Source: Scyliorhinus canicula
Taxonomy: Eukaryota
NCBI RefSeq assembly: GCF_902713615.1
Contig: NC_052172.1
Span: 12,504,185 to 12,568,184, forward strand
Reading direction: 5' to 3'
DNA: 64,000 nt
Shown: positions 24,721 to 38,034 of the stretch, piece by piece
How the letters are laid out: every line of letters begins with the position of its first letter
How positions within the stretch are numbered: position 1 is the first letter of the stretch
Translations under genes and position numbers: made by a program
Notes under the pieces: model-generated
The model's input: the letters and a program-made list of their open reading frames with translations, nothing else
Told to the model about the DNA's origin: nothing
The model's database searches: none

Positions 24721-25179
24721 AAGAATAAAACAAAACTTGTTCAGTTCCCGGCTTGGGTCACTGTCTGTGTGGAGTCTGCACATTCTCCCTGTGTCTGCGT
24801 GGGTTTCTTCCGGGTGCTCACTGTCCAAAGATGTGCGGGTGTGGTGGATTGACCATGCTAAATTGCCCTTAGTGTCCAAAACGTTTAGGTAGGGTGGAGG
24901 TGAGGGCTTAAGTAGGGTGCTCCCTCCAGGGGCCAGTGCTCACTCGATGGGCTGAATGGCTGTCCTTTTGCACTGTAAATTCTATGAACCCCCATTATCT
25001 CAAAGATGTGCAGGTTAGGCCATGATGAATTGCTGTTAATAAACAAAAAAAAGGTTAGGAGGGGGTCATTGGGTTACGGGGATAGGGTGGAAGTGGGTGG
25101 GTGCAGCCTGGATGGGCCGAATGGCCTCCTTCTGCACTGCGAGAACCGACTACTTTAGCTAAACTCTGTTCATCCAAGC

Positions 25180-25585
25180 CGCGGCCTGACTGACAGGCGA
25201 ATTGACAAATCAGAACGCGCCGCTGGGCGATCCTTTGATGAACCCACCAATCAGAGGAGAGGGGCGGGACTTAGCTGCCGCCAGTTGCCCCGGGAGACGC
25301 CGCCGCCGCCGCCGCTATCTGTCCGTCTGTATACCGCTCCTCCTCCTTCTCCGCCGTCTCCCCGCTCCTCCTCCTCTGCCGCCGTCTCCCCGCTCCTCCT
25401 CCTCCGCCGTCTCCCCGCTCCTACCCTCCGCCGCCGTCTCCCCCGCTCCTACCCTCCTCCGTCCCCCACTCTCTCTCTCTCAGGCTGGCTCCCGCTGTCT
25501 CTCCGATTCGCCGTCAATCTAGTAACGCGCTCACTCATTGGCGAGGAGCCTTCAGCCAATAGGATTCAGAGGGCGGATTGAGTCC
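25180..25585. promoter_or_regulatory. CpG-rich candidate B9D2 promoter with CCAAT boxes, GC boxes and RFX X-box
   Basis: CCAAT (~25247), GGGGCGGG (25261-25268), X-box-like GTTGCC-CCG-GGAGAC (25284-25298), further ATTGG/CCAAT and GGGCGG at 25537-25577; about 3.4 kb upstream of the first coding exon. Confidence 0.6.
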
Positions 25586-25589
25586 CACT

Positions 25590-26600
25590 GCTCCTCCCCC
25601 GCCCCCTGCCCCACACCTTCCCTCCCCGAAACCCCGCCCCCTGCCCCACCCCCCACCCTAAACTCTGCCCCTCCCCAAACCCCGCCTCTTGCCCCACCCA
25701 AAACCCCACCCCCTTCCCATCCCAAACTGCGCCCCCTGCCCCTCCGCCACCCCAAACCACTCCCCCTCTCCAAAACACCCCCTTGCCCCTCCCCCACACC
25801 AAACCCTGCCCCTCCCCCACCCCCACACCAAACACCGTCCCTCCCTGGAACCCTGTTCATTGACCCCACCCCCAAGCCCCGCCTCCTGCCCCATCCCCTC
25901 CCCAAACCCCACCCTAAACCCCGCCTCTCCCCAAACCCCACCCCTTCCCAAACCCTGCCTCTTGCCCCACCCACTTCCCATCTCAAACCCCACCCCTGCC
26001 CCTCCCCCACTCCAAACCACTCCCCCTCCCCTCTCCAAAACACCCACTTGCCCCTCCCCCACACCAGACCCTGCCCCTCCCCCACACCAAACCCCATCCC
26101 TCCCAGGAACCCTGTTCGCTGACCCCAATCCCCGCCTCCTGCCCCACCCCTCCCCAAACCCCACCCCCCTCCCCCACCTTAAACTCCGCCCCTCCCCAAA
26201 CCCACCCCCTTCTCGACCCCATCCCCAGACCAACCCCCACCCCTCCCCCTCCCCACCACATACCCAACCCCCTCCCCACACTATACCTCACCCTCATCCC
26301 GTTGCCCCATCCCCACCATTCCACCACCCCATTACCTCTTCGCCCATCTGCATTCCTCCCACCCTTTCCCTCCCTCCTCTCTCCCCCAGCCCTTTCCCGC
26401 CTCTCCCCCACCCCATCCCACCTCTCCCCAACCTCTTCCATCCCTCTCCCCAGCTCCAGTCCTTCCACTCCCTCCCACCCCTTACCTGCTTCCCTCTCCC
26501 ACCCATCTTCTGACTCCCACTTCACCCGACCCATAATCTTCCATTACTGCAGCCCTCTCTCCCCCCACTCCATCAACCATTTTCCGAGCTTCCACCATTC
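25590..26600. repeat. C-rich low-complexity / degenerate tandem repeat
   Basis: Repeated CCTGCCCCTCCCCCACACCAAACC motifs with extreme strand skew. Confidence 0.85.
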
Positions 26601-26849
26601 CCTCCCACCATGCTGCTGGTCCACAGCTACTTTAGGAAGAATGTCGAGGCCTTTGGTATGGACAGACTTACTAGAATGCCGACATGTTTGAGAAACTTAA
26701 GTTCTAAATGAAGGGTTTTCATTTATGTAGTGCCTTTCCTGATCACCTGATGACGCAATAGACTTTGCAGCTCATTAAATGCTTGTGAATTATAGTCACT
26801 GTTGTAATGTAGGAAAGACAGCAGCCAATTTGCACACAATTCAACACCA

Positions 26850-27300
26850 TTCAGCCCATCGAGCCTTCTCTGCTATTCCATATGATCATGGCTGTTCTCG
26901 GGCTTCAACTCCACTTTCCTCTCCCCCTCCCCATATCCTTTGATCCCCTGAGAGACCAAAAATCCGTCTCTCCCAGTCTTAAACATGTTCAACAATGGAA
27001 CACCCCAACCCTCTGGGGTTGAGAATTCCAAAGATTCACCACCCTTTGAGTGAAGAAAGTTCTCTTCATCTCTAGTCGTATACGATCGGCCCCCTTTATC
27101 CTGAGACTCTGCCCCCAATTTCTAGATTCCAGTATCTGTCGCATCAAACCTCCATCAGAATCTTAAACATTTCACTAAGATCAAGATAACCTCTTGTTCT
27201 TCTACACTCCAGAGAATATAGATACCATGTAACTCAGCCTCTCAATCCAGGGACCAACGTGGTGAACCTCCGCTCTATCGCCTCCAATGAAAGTGCATTC
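26850..27300 (-). mobile_element. CR1 LINE 3' fragment
   Basis: Degenerate CR1 3' end similar to 14030-14555. Confidence 0.7.
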
Positions 27301-29299
27301 TATGTAAATATGGAGATCAAAACAACGCACGGTATTCCAGATGGGGATTCCTGCAGGCCTGGACTGCTTTTTCTACGAAGGCCAGCATGCCTTTCATTGG
27401 CCTTCCTAGTTGTACAAGCAATGTGGCGACAACCAGATAATCTGTTTAGTGTGATGTTGATTGAGGGACAAATTTTGGCCCGGTCACCAGGTTGAACTGC
27501 TGCCCTCTTCTCCGAGACAGTGGCATCTTTCGCAGCCACCCTTACGTGGCAGACGGGACCTCGGTCGAACTCATCCGACAGACAGCAGTTCGGACTATGC
27601 AGCAAACCCCCCCCCCCCAACCCAGTCCTACTGTAAGCTTTCCCTGTGCTCAAACCCTTAAGTTGGCATCGTAATTGGTGTATGTGTGCCGTTCATGGCT
27701 CCCGACACATGAGCGGAAATGACATCCACTTCTGGTCCCATCAGTAACAGAACTCCTCTGATTAAAATTCTGCCCCGTGACTCTATTTCCCCGTTCATGT
27801 ACAAACTCTCTGAATTGCCCAACAGAGGGAGACAGATGTCCATTAACAAGCTTGTGTCTGGGCACTGATGCCAATCTTTTTACTTATGCAACATGATATC
27901 ATACAGTCGGCCCATTGAGTCTGCACCAGCCCTTACAAAGAGCACCCTACTCAAGCCCACATATCTACCCTATTCCCGTAACCCTACTTAACCTTTATGG
28001 ATACTAAGGGCAATTTATTATGACCAATCCACCTAACCCGCACATCTTTGGACCGTGGGAGGAAACCGGAGCACCTGGAGGAAACCCACGCAGACACGAG
28101 GAGAAGTGTAGACTCCGCACAGACAGTGACCCATCAAGGAATCGAACCTGGGACCCTGGAGCTGTGAAGCAACTGTGCTAACCACTATGCTACCGTGCTG
28201 CCCTATATTACTTATTTTAACATCGATTACTCCCGTAGTAAAAGCTATTCCATATTAGATTTAGTTAATACTGAGCAACGAGCCTGATTTAGTTTCACCG
28301 TAACTTCATTGCAGTGTCAATGTAAGGCTACTTGTGACAATAAAGATTATGATATTATTAGATGAGGTAAGGCTGACTTCAATGGGATGAGGCACAATCA
28401 ATTGGGAAAATCTGCTAATGGGTAAATGTGGGCGGCACAGTGGTTAGCACTGCTACATCACGGCGCCAGGGACCCGGGTTCAATTCCAGCCTCGGGTGAC
28501 TGTGCGGAGTCTGCACGTTCTCCCCCCGTGTCTGCGTGGGTTTCCTCCGGGTGCTGCGGTTTCCTCCCACAGTCCAAAGATGTGCAGGTGAGGCGGATTG
28601 GCCATGACAAATTGCCCCTTTCGTGTCCAAAAGGTTAGGTGGGGTTACTGGGTTACGGGGATAGGGTGGGGGCTTGGACCTAGATAGGTTACACTTTTCA
28701 ATGGGCCGAATGGCTTCCTGAACTGGAGGGATTCTATGATTAGTGGGAGGCGTTACAAAACCTTAATCCAAAGATACCTTTGAAAGCCACATGGCATCCC
28801 AAAGCTATCTTTGCAGTGACAATCACAAAATTATACTATTGTAATATAGGAAACACTGTAAAGTCTGCTCGCAGAAAGCTCCCACAAACAGTAATGTGAT
28901 TTGTGACTGAATAATATGTTTTCGTGCTGTTGATTGAGGCATAAATGTCGGCCAGGACAACTCTCCTGCTCTTCTTTGAAATAGTGTCAAGGAATCTTGG
29001 ACACCCATCTGAGAGAGGAGATGGGGCCTCAATAAATCATCCATAAAACAGCATCGCTAACAGTGCGGCATTCCCTCAATTCTGCAGTGTTTGCCTTGAC
29101 TTGTCCTGGAGTGGGACTTGAACTTCTAACTTTTGGATTTAGAGGAACACAAGTAGGCATCCAGCCCATTGAACCAGCTCCGCCATTCAATACAATCATG
29201 CCTTTTTCTCCACGCTATCCCCATATCCCTTTATGTCATTGAAATCTGCCAATCTCTGTTTTAAACATACTCACTGACTGAGCTTCCATAATTATCAAC

Positions 29300-30420
29300 G
29301 GCTAACACTCAAAGGCCATGGAAACAGTGACAGGGACTCACCAAAATTAACATAAGTGAAGTAACAGTATTGAGGAAAATAACAGCACCAAAGAGACAAA
29401 TCCCCAGGACCAGATGGTTCCCATCCTTCGATTCGAATGAAGGTGAAAACATTGCAGATTCTCAAACTATAATCTTCCAAAGTTCTCTCGATTCCCACAT
29501 CCTGTTGATTTAAAGATTATCAGGGTTGTTTGAGAAAGGTGAGTGGGGAAAATCGGGGAACTGTACAGTAGTTCGCCTAACATCTTATGTCGGAGAAATT
29601 AACAAGAATCCATTCTTAAGAACAGAATGACAAAATTTTCAACTGATCAGAGATCGCCACTGTAATGATACGTATATAGGTACACCAGTGAAGGGTTAAT
29701 TATTACATCTCAGTGTAATACAACACTAGAGGGCACTACCAGTTCCCAGTATAAATATCAGACCTCAGGGAATCTTAGGTAATGTTAGCAGAGGAGAAGT
29801 ATTGATCACAGTTCAGGGAGTAGTTTAGATTAGAGAGAAGTAGCACAAGGACATCATTAGTTAATTCTAGATTATAGATTACTGCTTAACAGACTCAATC
29901 TTACTTTATTAGTAGTTATAGCTCTATAGAGTGCGCACTCTATTTAATTTAATCGTTATTCATTAAATCAGTTTTGCTTCAATCTAAAGATTGGTGGTTT
30001 CTTTATCATCAACTCATCAGACCATTCTGGATCACAAGGCAAAGAATAACGACATATTACCACAAAGTTTAATATAACAGCCACTATCGATTTATAAGGG
30101 TTTCCTCCCACAAGTTTAGAAAGACGTGCTGTGAGGTGAATTAGACATTCTGAATCTTCCCTCCGTGTACCCGAACAGGCGCGGGACTGTGACGACAAGG
30201 GGATTTTCACAGTCACTTCATTGCAGTTTGAATTTAAGCCTACTTGTGACACTAATAAAGATTATTATTATTATCTACACCCGACAACCCCATTGGAAGC
30301 TTCACTGAAGACGTGACTAAAGCAGTGGACATGGGAATATCGATGGGCGTTATTTATGTGGACTTTCCTAAGGCGTGTGACAAAAGTCTCTCACGGAGGA
30401 CCAGTAGGTAAAGTTGTGTG
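29300..30420 (+). mobile_element. Fragmented CR1 RT region with nested LTR-like segment (~29661-30062) and SINE
   Basis: KSPGPDG.HP and V.Y.DF.KA.DK motif remnants on either side of the insertions. Confidence 0.55.
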
Positions 30421-30989
30421 ATGATTCCTGACCAGATCCCCAAATGTTTGCTGCTATCCGGTTTGGGCCCAAAAAACTATTTGTTTGAAGTGTACAAAGT
30501 TTGAGAATCAGGACACTTGCTAAGCCACAAGGTTGTACAGGTTTTAAACAAACAAAATGAAACTAGGTATGAAAAATAAAACAATGTACAATATTACAAT
30601 ATTTACAAAGGGTAGCATGGTAGCATTGTGGATAGCACAATGGCTTCACAGCTCCAGGGTCCCAGGTTCGATTCTGGCTTGGGTCACTGTCTGTGCGGAG
30701 TCTGCACATCCTCCCCGTGTGTGCGTGGGTTTCCTCCGGGTGCTCCGGTTTCCTCCCACAGTCCAAAGATGTGCAGGTTAGGTGGATTGGCCATGATAAA
30801 TTGCCCTTGGTGTCCAAAATTGCCCTTAGTGTTGGGTTGGGTTATGGGGATAGGGTGGAGATGTTGACCCTGGGTAGGGTGCTCTTTCCAAGAGCCGGTG
30901 CAGACTCAATGGGCCGAATGGCCTCCTTCTGCACTGTAAATTCTATGATTCTATAATATCTATCTTATACTCAAACAATGAAGGTCAAT

Positions 30990-33440
30990 ATGTGTGTGGA
31001 GCTGGAAAACATAGGGGAGGTTATAAATCAGTACATTGTATCTGTGTTCACTATGGAGAAGGACATTGTCGGCATTGAAAACAGGGGGGGAGGACTGTGA
31101 TGTGCAAATTGAACAAATTAACATTGAAAGGGATATTAACAGGGAAATCCACACATCCAAATAAGATGTATCCCAGGCTGCTGTGGGAGGTAAAGGAGGA
31201 GTTTGCAGAAGCTCTGACAATCATTTTCAAATCTTCTCTGGCCGCAGGACTGTAGGACGGCTAATGTGATACCGTTACTCAAGAAGGGAAGTAGGAATAA
31301 AAGCAGGAAATTACAGGCCAGAGATTCTAACTTTAACGGTCGGGGAACCATTGCAAAAAAAATTCTGAGGGACAGAATTAACCTCCACTTGGGGAGGCAA
31401 CGATTAATCAAGGTAGCATAGCTTTGTCAAAGAGAGATCATGGGCTGGATTCTCCGCCCCGGCCGATGGGATTCTCCGTTAACGGCAGCCGGTCAACGGG
31501 GTTTCCCATTGTGGGGCAGCCCCACGCCGTCAGGAAAACCCCCCGGGGTGCCGGCAAAATGGAAAACCCCGCCCCATGTTTTACAAGTTTGATTGCGTTT
31601 TTTTGAGATGGTTACTTGGTGTGTGGATGAGGGTAGTGCAGTCGATGTAGTCGACATGGATTTCAGTAAGGCTTTTGACAAGGTCTCACATGGGAGACTG
31701 GTCAAGAAGGCAAGAGCCCATGAAATCCAGGGCAATTTGGCAAATTGGTTTCAGAATTGGCTCAGTGGCAGGAGGCAGAGGGTGGAAGGTTGTTTTTGTG
31801 ACTGGAAGCCTGGTCCAGTGATGTTCCGCAGCGATTGGTGCTGGGGCCCCTTGCTGTTTGACGTGAATGTAGCACGTATGATCAGTATTAGATTACGAGA
31901 CTATATAGATGGGCTGGTCAGAGGGGCAGCAGGGTAGCATGGTGGTTAGCATAAATGCTTCACAGCTCCAGGGTCCCAGGTTCGATTCCCGGCTGGGTCA
32001 CTGTCTGTGTGGAGTCTGCACGTCCTCCCGCTGTGTGCGTGGGTTTCCTCCGGGTGCTCCGGTTTCCTCCCACAGTCCAAAGATGTGCGGGTTAGGTGGA
32101 TTGGCCATGCTAAATTGCCCGTAGTGTCCTAATAAATGTAAGGTTAAGGGGGGGGGGGGTTGGGTTACGGGTATAGGGTGGATATGTGGGTTTGAGTAGG
32201 GTGATCATGGCTCGGCACAACATTGAGGGCCGAAGGGCCTGTTCTGTGCTGTACTGTTCTATGTAACTGTGGCAAATGGAATTTAACCCTGAAAAGTGTG
32301 AGCTGGTGCATTTTAGTTGACTAACAAGGCAAGGGAATAAGCAATGATTGGTACGACGCTAGGAAGTACAGAGCGGGCGGGGGGGGGGGGGGGGGTGCAT
32401 GTCCACCAATCCCTGAAGCCAGCAGGACAGGTTGATAAGATGCATAAGAAGGCATTTGGGATAATTGCCTTCATTATGAGGCATCGACTATAAGAGCAGG
32501 AAGGTTATGATGGGCCTGTATAAAACGCTGGTTAGGCCCCAGCTCGAGTACTGTGTGCTGTTCTGGTCACCACAGTATCGGAAGGATCATAGAATTTACA
32601 GTGCAGAAGGAAGCCATTCAGCCCATCGAGTCTGCACCGGCTCTTGGAAAGAGCACCCTACCCAAGGTCAACAACTCCACCCTATCCCCATAACCCAGTT
32701 ACCCCACCCAACACTAGGGCCAATTTTTGGACTCTAAGGGCAATTTATCATGGCCAATCCACCTAACCTGCACATCTTTGGATTGTGGGAGGAAACCGGA
32801 GCACCCGGAGGAAACCCATGCACACACGGGGAGGATGTGCAGACTCCGCACAGACAGTGACCCAAGCCGGAATCGAACCTGGGACCCTGGAGCTGTGAAG
32901 TGATTGTGCTATCCACAATGCTACCGTGCTGCCTCTCCAATGTGCGTGGGTCCGTGCGTGGCAGTGTCCTGCCAATCACAGGATGTGATTGCACTGGAGA
33001 GGGTGCAGAGGAGATTCACCAGGATGTTGCCTGGGCCGGAGCATTCCAGCTATCGTGAGGCACTGGATAGGCCGGGGTTGTTTTCCTCGGATCAGAGAAG
33101 GGGATCTGACTGAGATGTTCAACATTATGAGGGGTATGGATAAGGTGGATAGGAAGGAACCTTTCCCCTTGGCGGAGGGGTCAATAACCAGGGGGCATGG
33201 ATTTAAGGTAAGGGACAGCAAGTTTGGAGGGGGCGTGAGGAAAAATGCTTTCACCCAGAGGGTGGTGGGAGTCTGGAAGTCACTGACTGAAAGGGCGGTA
33301 GAGGCAGGAACCCTCACAACATTTAGATCAGCACTTCAAATGTCATAGGCTGCTGGAAAATGGGATTAATGTAGTTGGATGCTTGATGGTCGGCTTGGAC
33401 ACAATGGGCCGAAGGGCCTCTTTCCGTGCTGTAAACTCTG
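30990..33440 (+). mobile_element. CR1 LINE (RT to 3' end) interrupted by a MITE and two SINEs
   Basis: VDVVDMDFSKAFDKVSHGRL, YKTLVRPQLEYC, LERVQRRFTRML, TRGHGFK…FTQRVVGVW motifs in order. Confidence 0.85.
31442..31574. mobile_element. MITE, same family as 4682-4852
   Basis: GGGCTGGATTCTCC…GGAAAACCCCGCCC TIRs, 3-bp TSD CAT. Confidence 0.65.
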
Positions 33441-33749
33441 TGACTCTCCATGAGTTACACGTGGACGAACACGCCACACTGTACAATAAATGGTCGATGT
33501 GACAAAAACACATTCCACAGATTGCTCAATGAACCATCCAGACAGTAAACACTGTGAGTCAACAAATCTCATTGTAACTCCGTGTCTCTCACAGGGATTC
33601 CAGTCTGCACCATGGATAATTCCGCCTTGGAATTTTCTCCAACGTTGCTCCAACCTGGACAACCTCACCGACTCTACACCTTGCAGGGCATGGGTGGCAC
33701 GGTAACAGTGGTTAGCACAACACTCACACAGTGTAACACAACACATACC

Positions 33750-34470
33750 CCCGTCTTCAACAATGGCTCCAAAGTGGAGATGGTCGACAGCTTTAAGTTC
33801 CTGGGGGTCACCATCACCAACAGTCTGTCCTGGTCCACTCACGTTGATGCAACAGTCAAGAAAGCCTCTACTTCCTATGGAAGCTAAAGAAATTCGGAAT
33901 GTCTGCATCAACTCTCACAAACCTCTACAGATGTGCCATAGAGAACATCCTATCCGGCTGCGTCACAGCTCGGTATGGCAACTGCTCGGTCCAAGATCGC
34001 AAGAAGCTGCAGAGTGTGGTGAACTCAGCCCAACGCATCGCACAAGCTTGCCACCCCCACATTGATTCTGTCTACACCTCCCGCTGCCTCAGGAAGGCAG
34101 ACAGCATTATCGGAGACCCCTCCCACCCAGACATTGCCGTCTTCCAGACCCTTCCATCAGGCAGAAGATACAGAAGTCTGAAGACCCGCACATCCAGACA
34201 CAGGAACAGCTTCTTCCCCACAGCTACTAGACTCCTCAACGACTCCCCCTCGGGCTGATCTGTTCCCTGTAAGAACACTATCATGACGCCCTATGCTGCT
34301 CTTGTTTGGCCTTGTTCCGCACTGTAACCAATCACTATTTGTTGACGCACCACTGTCAATGTACTCTGTCGATAATTCTTTTGTCTACTATGTTGTAGGA
34401 CTGTGTACCTTCCCTTGGTCGCAGAAAAACACTGTACTTCGGTACATGTGACAATAAATATCAATCAAAT
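33750..34470 (+). mobile_element. Rex1/Babar-like LINE 3' portion
   Basis: VEMVDSFKFLGVTI…; LTNLYRCAIENILSGC…YGNC…LPSGRRYRS…RNSFFP. Confidence 0.85.
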
Positions 34471-34554
34471 CATCCAATCCATCGCTGTGGCTTCACAGCG
34501 CCAGGGCCCCGGGTTCGATCCCCGGATTGGGTCACTGTCTGTGTGGAGTCTGTA

Positions 34555-34669
34555 GGTCCTGGAGGAAATAGATAAATGGTTTCCATCTCCGGGCAAATCC
34601 CTCCACAGACCCTCTCAAAACGAACTTGATTTTTTTTTTCCAGCCGAAGGACATCCGTGAGGTCGCTCA

Positions 34670-34700
<31 letters not shown>

Positions 34701-35070
34701 GGGTTCGGGGGACTCCGAGTCCCTCCATCCCAACAGGATCCGTTCCGGGCTCCCAGAGAGGCGGAGGCCAAAACGTCGGCCTCTCTCACCCTCTGGACTC
34801 TCGGGTCCTCCAAAAAATGGTCACTTCTGGACTCGGGACCGCCTTCACCCTCAGCACCTCAGACATCACGTCAGCGAACCCCCGCCAGAATCCCTCCCAG
34901 CTTCGGACAGGCCCACAATATGTTGACATGGTTCCCACAACCGCCCACACCTATCCTCCACCCCCTCAAAAAACCTGCTCATTCTAGCCACCGTCATAAT
35001 ACTTTATGAGGCTAAACCCAGCGGACAAAGAGGATGCAGTCACCCTCCTCAGAGCCTCCTACCGTCCTCC
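34555..35070 (-). mobile_element. Degenerate L1-like fragment
   Basis: Similar to the other L1-like 3' fragments in the window. Confidence 0.55.
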
Positions 35071-35777
35071 GATTGTGTTAACATGATGACACTTTGACTT
35101 CCCATCGCCTTGTATCCTCTGTCCCCCCCCAGGGAGTATTACTGTTCACTAGGAGACAATAATCTCTCTGTGAACAAATGCAGGGATTTAAGGATCGGCA
35201 ACGCCCGATGGAATTTAGTGCCTGTACGTGGGGCAAAGAAGGAGATCAGTTGATGCGGAGGCTGGTGGTTGAAGGACCTGATGTTGCCATGAAAGCCTCT
35301 CCTTTGCTTTCAGAGCCCCATGACGGGTTATTAAATAAAATTATTAATCCCCGAATGTGTCAGAGCAATGCAAAGGGAATCATGCACCTTGCTGTGACAT
35401 GGTTATAATGACTGTGTGCATGTTTTTACATCTCGTTTCATTTTAAGTCTACACACTCGACTAATGCCCATGTAACGCGGAAATGGCCTGCTTGGATATA
35501 AATAGGATTGCAACGTAACGGGTATTGAATTTGTGCGCGAACACCGTGACAGATATTGGAGTTTGTTCAGTTTGATCGCTCTCTGGAGATCCAGCCAATG
35601 TATAAACATGCCTCCTCTGAAATAATGCCATTGATCTCTGGTTCAGCTGAAAACATTTATTAATTTCTGCTCGAAGGCCAAAAACCGTCAATGGTCAATC
35701 CTACTTTCGTGTTGTTCTGTTTCGCTCACAAGTATTAATGTTGGCGTTGAGATGGAGGGCTTGACTTTTTTGGTGTC

Positions 35778-36032
35778 TTTAGTAGGCCGCGGAGGAGTCC
35801 AAATCAAGCAGGTAAAAGAAAACGATGTTTATTGCAAAGCAATTATATTTACAATATGCACCCGATCCCAGCCGGGTCTGCTCTGTCGGTTCCATACCTG
35901 GCCGACTTTGTATCGAACTCAATCATGAATGTCCTCGGGCTTCCCGCTTCCTTAGCGGGGGAGCTCGTACTTGGCGACACTCGCAGGGAGACTGATTGCT
36001 CCAACCCTGTAGGTCTCGTGCGGGTTATAACA
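35778..36032 (-). mobile_element. Probable solo LTR (255 bp)
   Basis: 5-bp TSD GTGTC (35773-35777, 36033-36037); one terminus intact (…ATAACA). Confidence 0.55.
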
Positions 36033-36737
36033 GTGTCTCAGCGAGTTTTCGGACTCCAATGTACCATGACGGGGACTAGGACAAAATATTGCAATTCCCT
36101 ACCTTGGGAAAAAAGATTGGATAGACATTTGGGCGTTATTAACCGTTTTTATGTTGTAGTTTGCCAATTCTTTTTTTTAATGTATTTTATCACAAACATG
36201 TATCAAACCAGGTTACAGCGACTAAACATCCCGGGAAACATACTTCCCAGAAGGTTGCAAACCGGCGGGATTGATCTGACGGAGAGTGTTGGAGTCAGTG
36301 GGTAGCTATTACCAAGCACATGGAGGCCATTCAACATCATGGGTCCATTCCCAGATTATAGGCCGTTTCCCACTACTTCCCATCCCCTTACAATTGTACA
36401 GTCATTCAGCTCCCTGATTCCTGAACAGCAACAACTTATATAGTGCCTTTAACATTAGAAAATGATCTGGGGCGGCACGGTAGCACAGTGGTTAACACAG
36501 TTGCTTCACAGCACCAGGGTCTCAGGTTCGATTCCTGGCTTGGGTCACTGTCTGTGCGGAGTCTGCACGTTCTCTCCGTGTCTGCGTGGGTTTCCTCCGG
36601 GTGCTCCGGTTTCCTCCCACAAGTCCCGAAAAACGTGCTGTTAGGTGAATTGGACATTCTGAATTCTCGCTCTGTGTGTCCGAACAGGCGCCGGAGTGTG
36701 GCGACTGGGGGCTTTTCACAGTAACTTCATTGCAGTG

Positions 36738-37009
36738 TGTGGTGGTATGGTTATGAGCACTGCCATTGGTGCAGAGCACTGGCTTCCCATTGGCTCTGGC
36801 TGGTCATGTGCCTCCCGTCCGATTGGTTGGGACTAATCATGTGACTGCTCTCCAATTGGTCGCGAGGCAAGTAGGCCCCGCCTCCGAGGCGGGGTATAAG
36901 TTCCCGGCGGTCGGTCATTCTCTGCAGTCGACCACCGGGCTAACAACTAGCTGATTAAAGTCACAGTTCGGATCCTAAATGTGTCTTGAGTCGAATTGAT
37001 GGTACATCA
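36738..37009 (+). mobile_element. Solo LTR (272 bp) inside a SINE tail
   Basis: TG…CA, 5-bp TSD CAGTG (36733-36737, 37010-37014), TATAA and ATTAAA. Confidence 0.85.
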
Positions 37010-38034
37010 CAGTGTTAATGTGACACTAATAAAAATAATTATGAAATAATTTTCGACTTCGAGATACCTGAGGACACATGATCTAAAGCTTAGTCAAGTA
37101 AGGTATTAAGGAGTATCTTGAAGGAGGAAAGTGAGGTGGAGAGGGAATTTCAAAGCTCATTGCAGCTGAGGGCATGACCACCAATAGTGGAGCGATTAAA
37201 ATCGTAGATGTTCAATAAGATTGGTGGAATTAGAGAATTGGAAGCAGGTATCAGCATTCTGGGTGATACTGTACAATATGCATGGGCAGCACGGTACCAT
37301 AGTGGTTAGCACTGTGGCTTCACAGCGCCAGGGTCCCAGCTTCGATTCCCTGCCTAGTTACTGTCTGTGCATAGTCTGCACGTTCTCCTCGTGCCTGCGT
37401 GGGTTTCCTCCGGGTGCTCCAGTTTCCTCCCACAGTCCAAAGACGTGCAGGTTAAGTGGATTGGCCGTGCTAAATTGCCCTTAGTGTCCAAAAAAAAAGG
37501 TTCGGAGGAGTTAGTGGGTTGGGGGGATAGGATGGGAGGGCTTAAGTGGGTCGGTGCAGACTCGATGGGCCGAACGGCCTCCTTCTGCACTGAATGTTCT
37601 CTGTCTATGTGTAATAGTGTGCGTGACCACTACACATCTTTATACACGTGGCAATCAACTGGAATGAGGTTGTTTTGTGCTTTCAGCAAGGGATAGTTTA
37701 GTCAATCCATGCATAAAAGGCACCCATCCAATGAATTATTGATGAGAGAGCAAGGACTCTTTGGGTCTGTTTAGTGGCTGATCTGCAGGCAGAGGAAGCA
37801 AACAGCTACATCTTAGGTGGCACATTTTCCCTGGAGATTTCATTAAAGGAGCAGATCTCAAGTTTCAAGATGTGGATACTGAGGTCACTCAATGGCCATC
37901 TGCAGAGTTCCAACCTGAAGAACTAGCTTGTGATCTGAGTGATCTTTTCTTTTCTCGTCCCACTCTCCCAGGAGAGCACATCTCCCATCTACTCAGACAC
38001 ACTTCCTGGCTGACGGCCAACAGAGCCAAACCCC

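Noticed and set aside
25538-26691. Pro-rich and Gly-rich ORFs of 130-270 aa
   Set aside because: Artefacts of C-rich low-complexity DNA, open in several frames on both strands.
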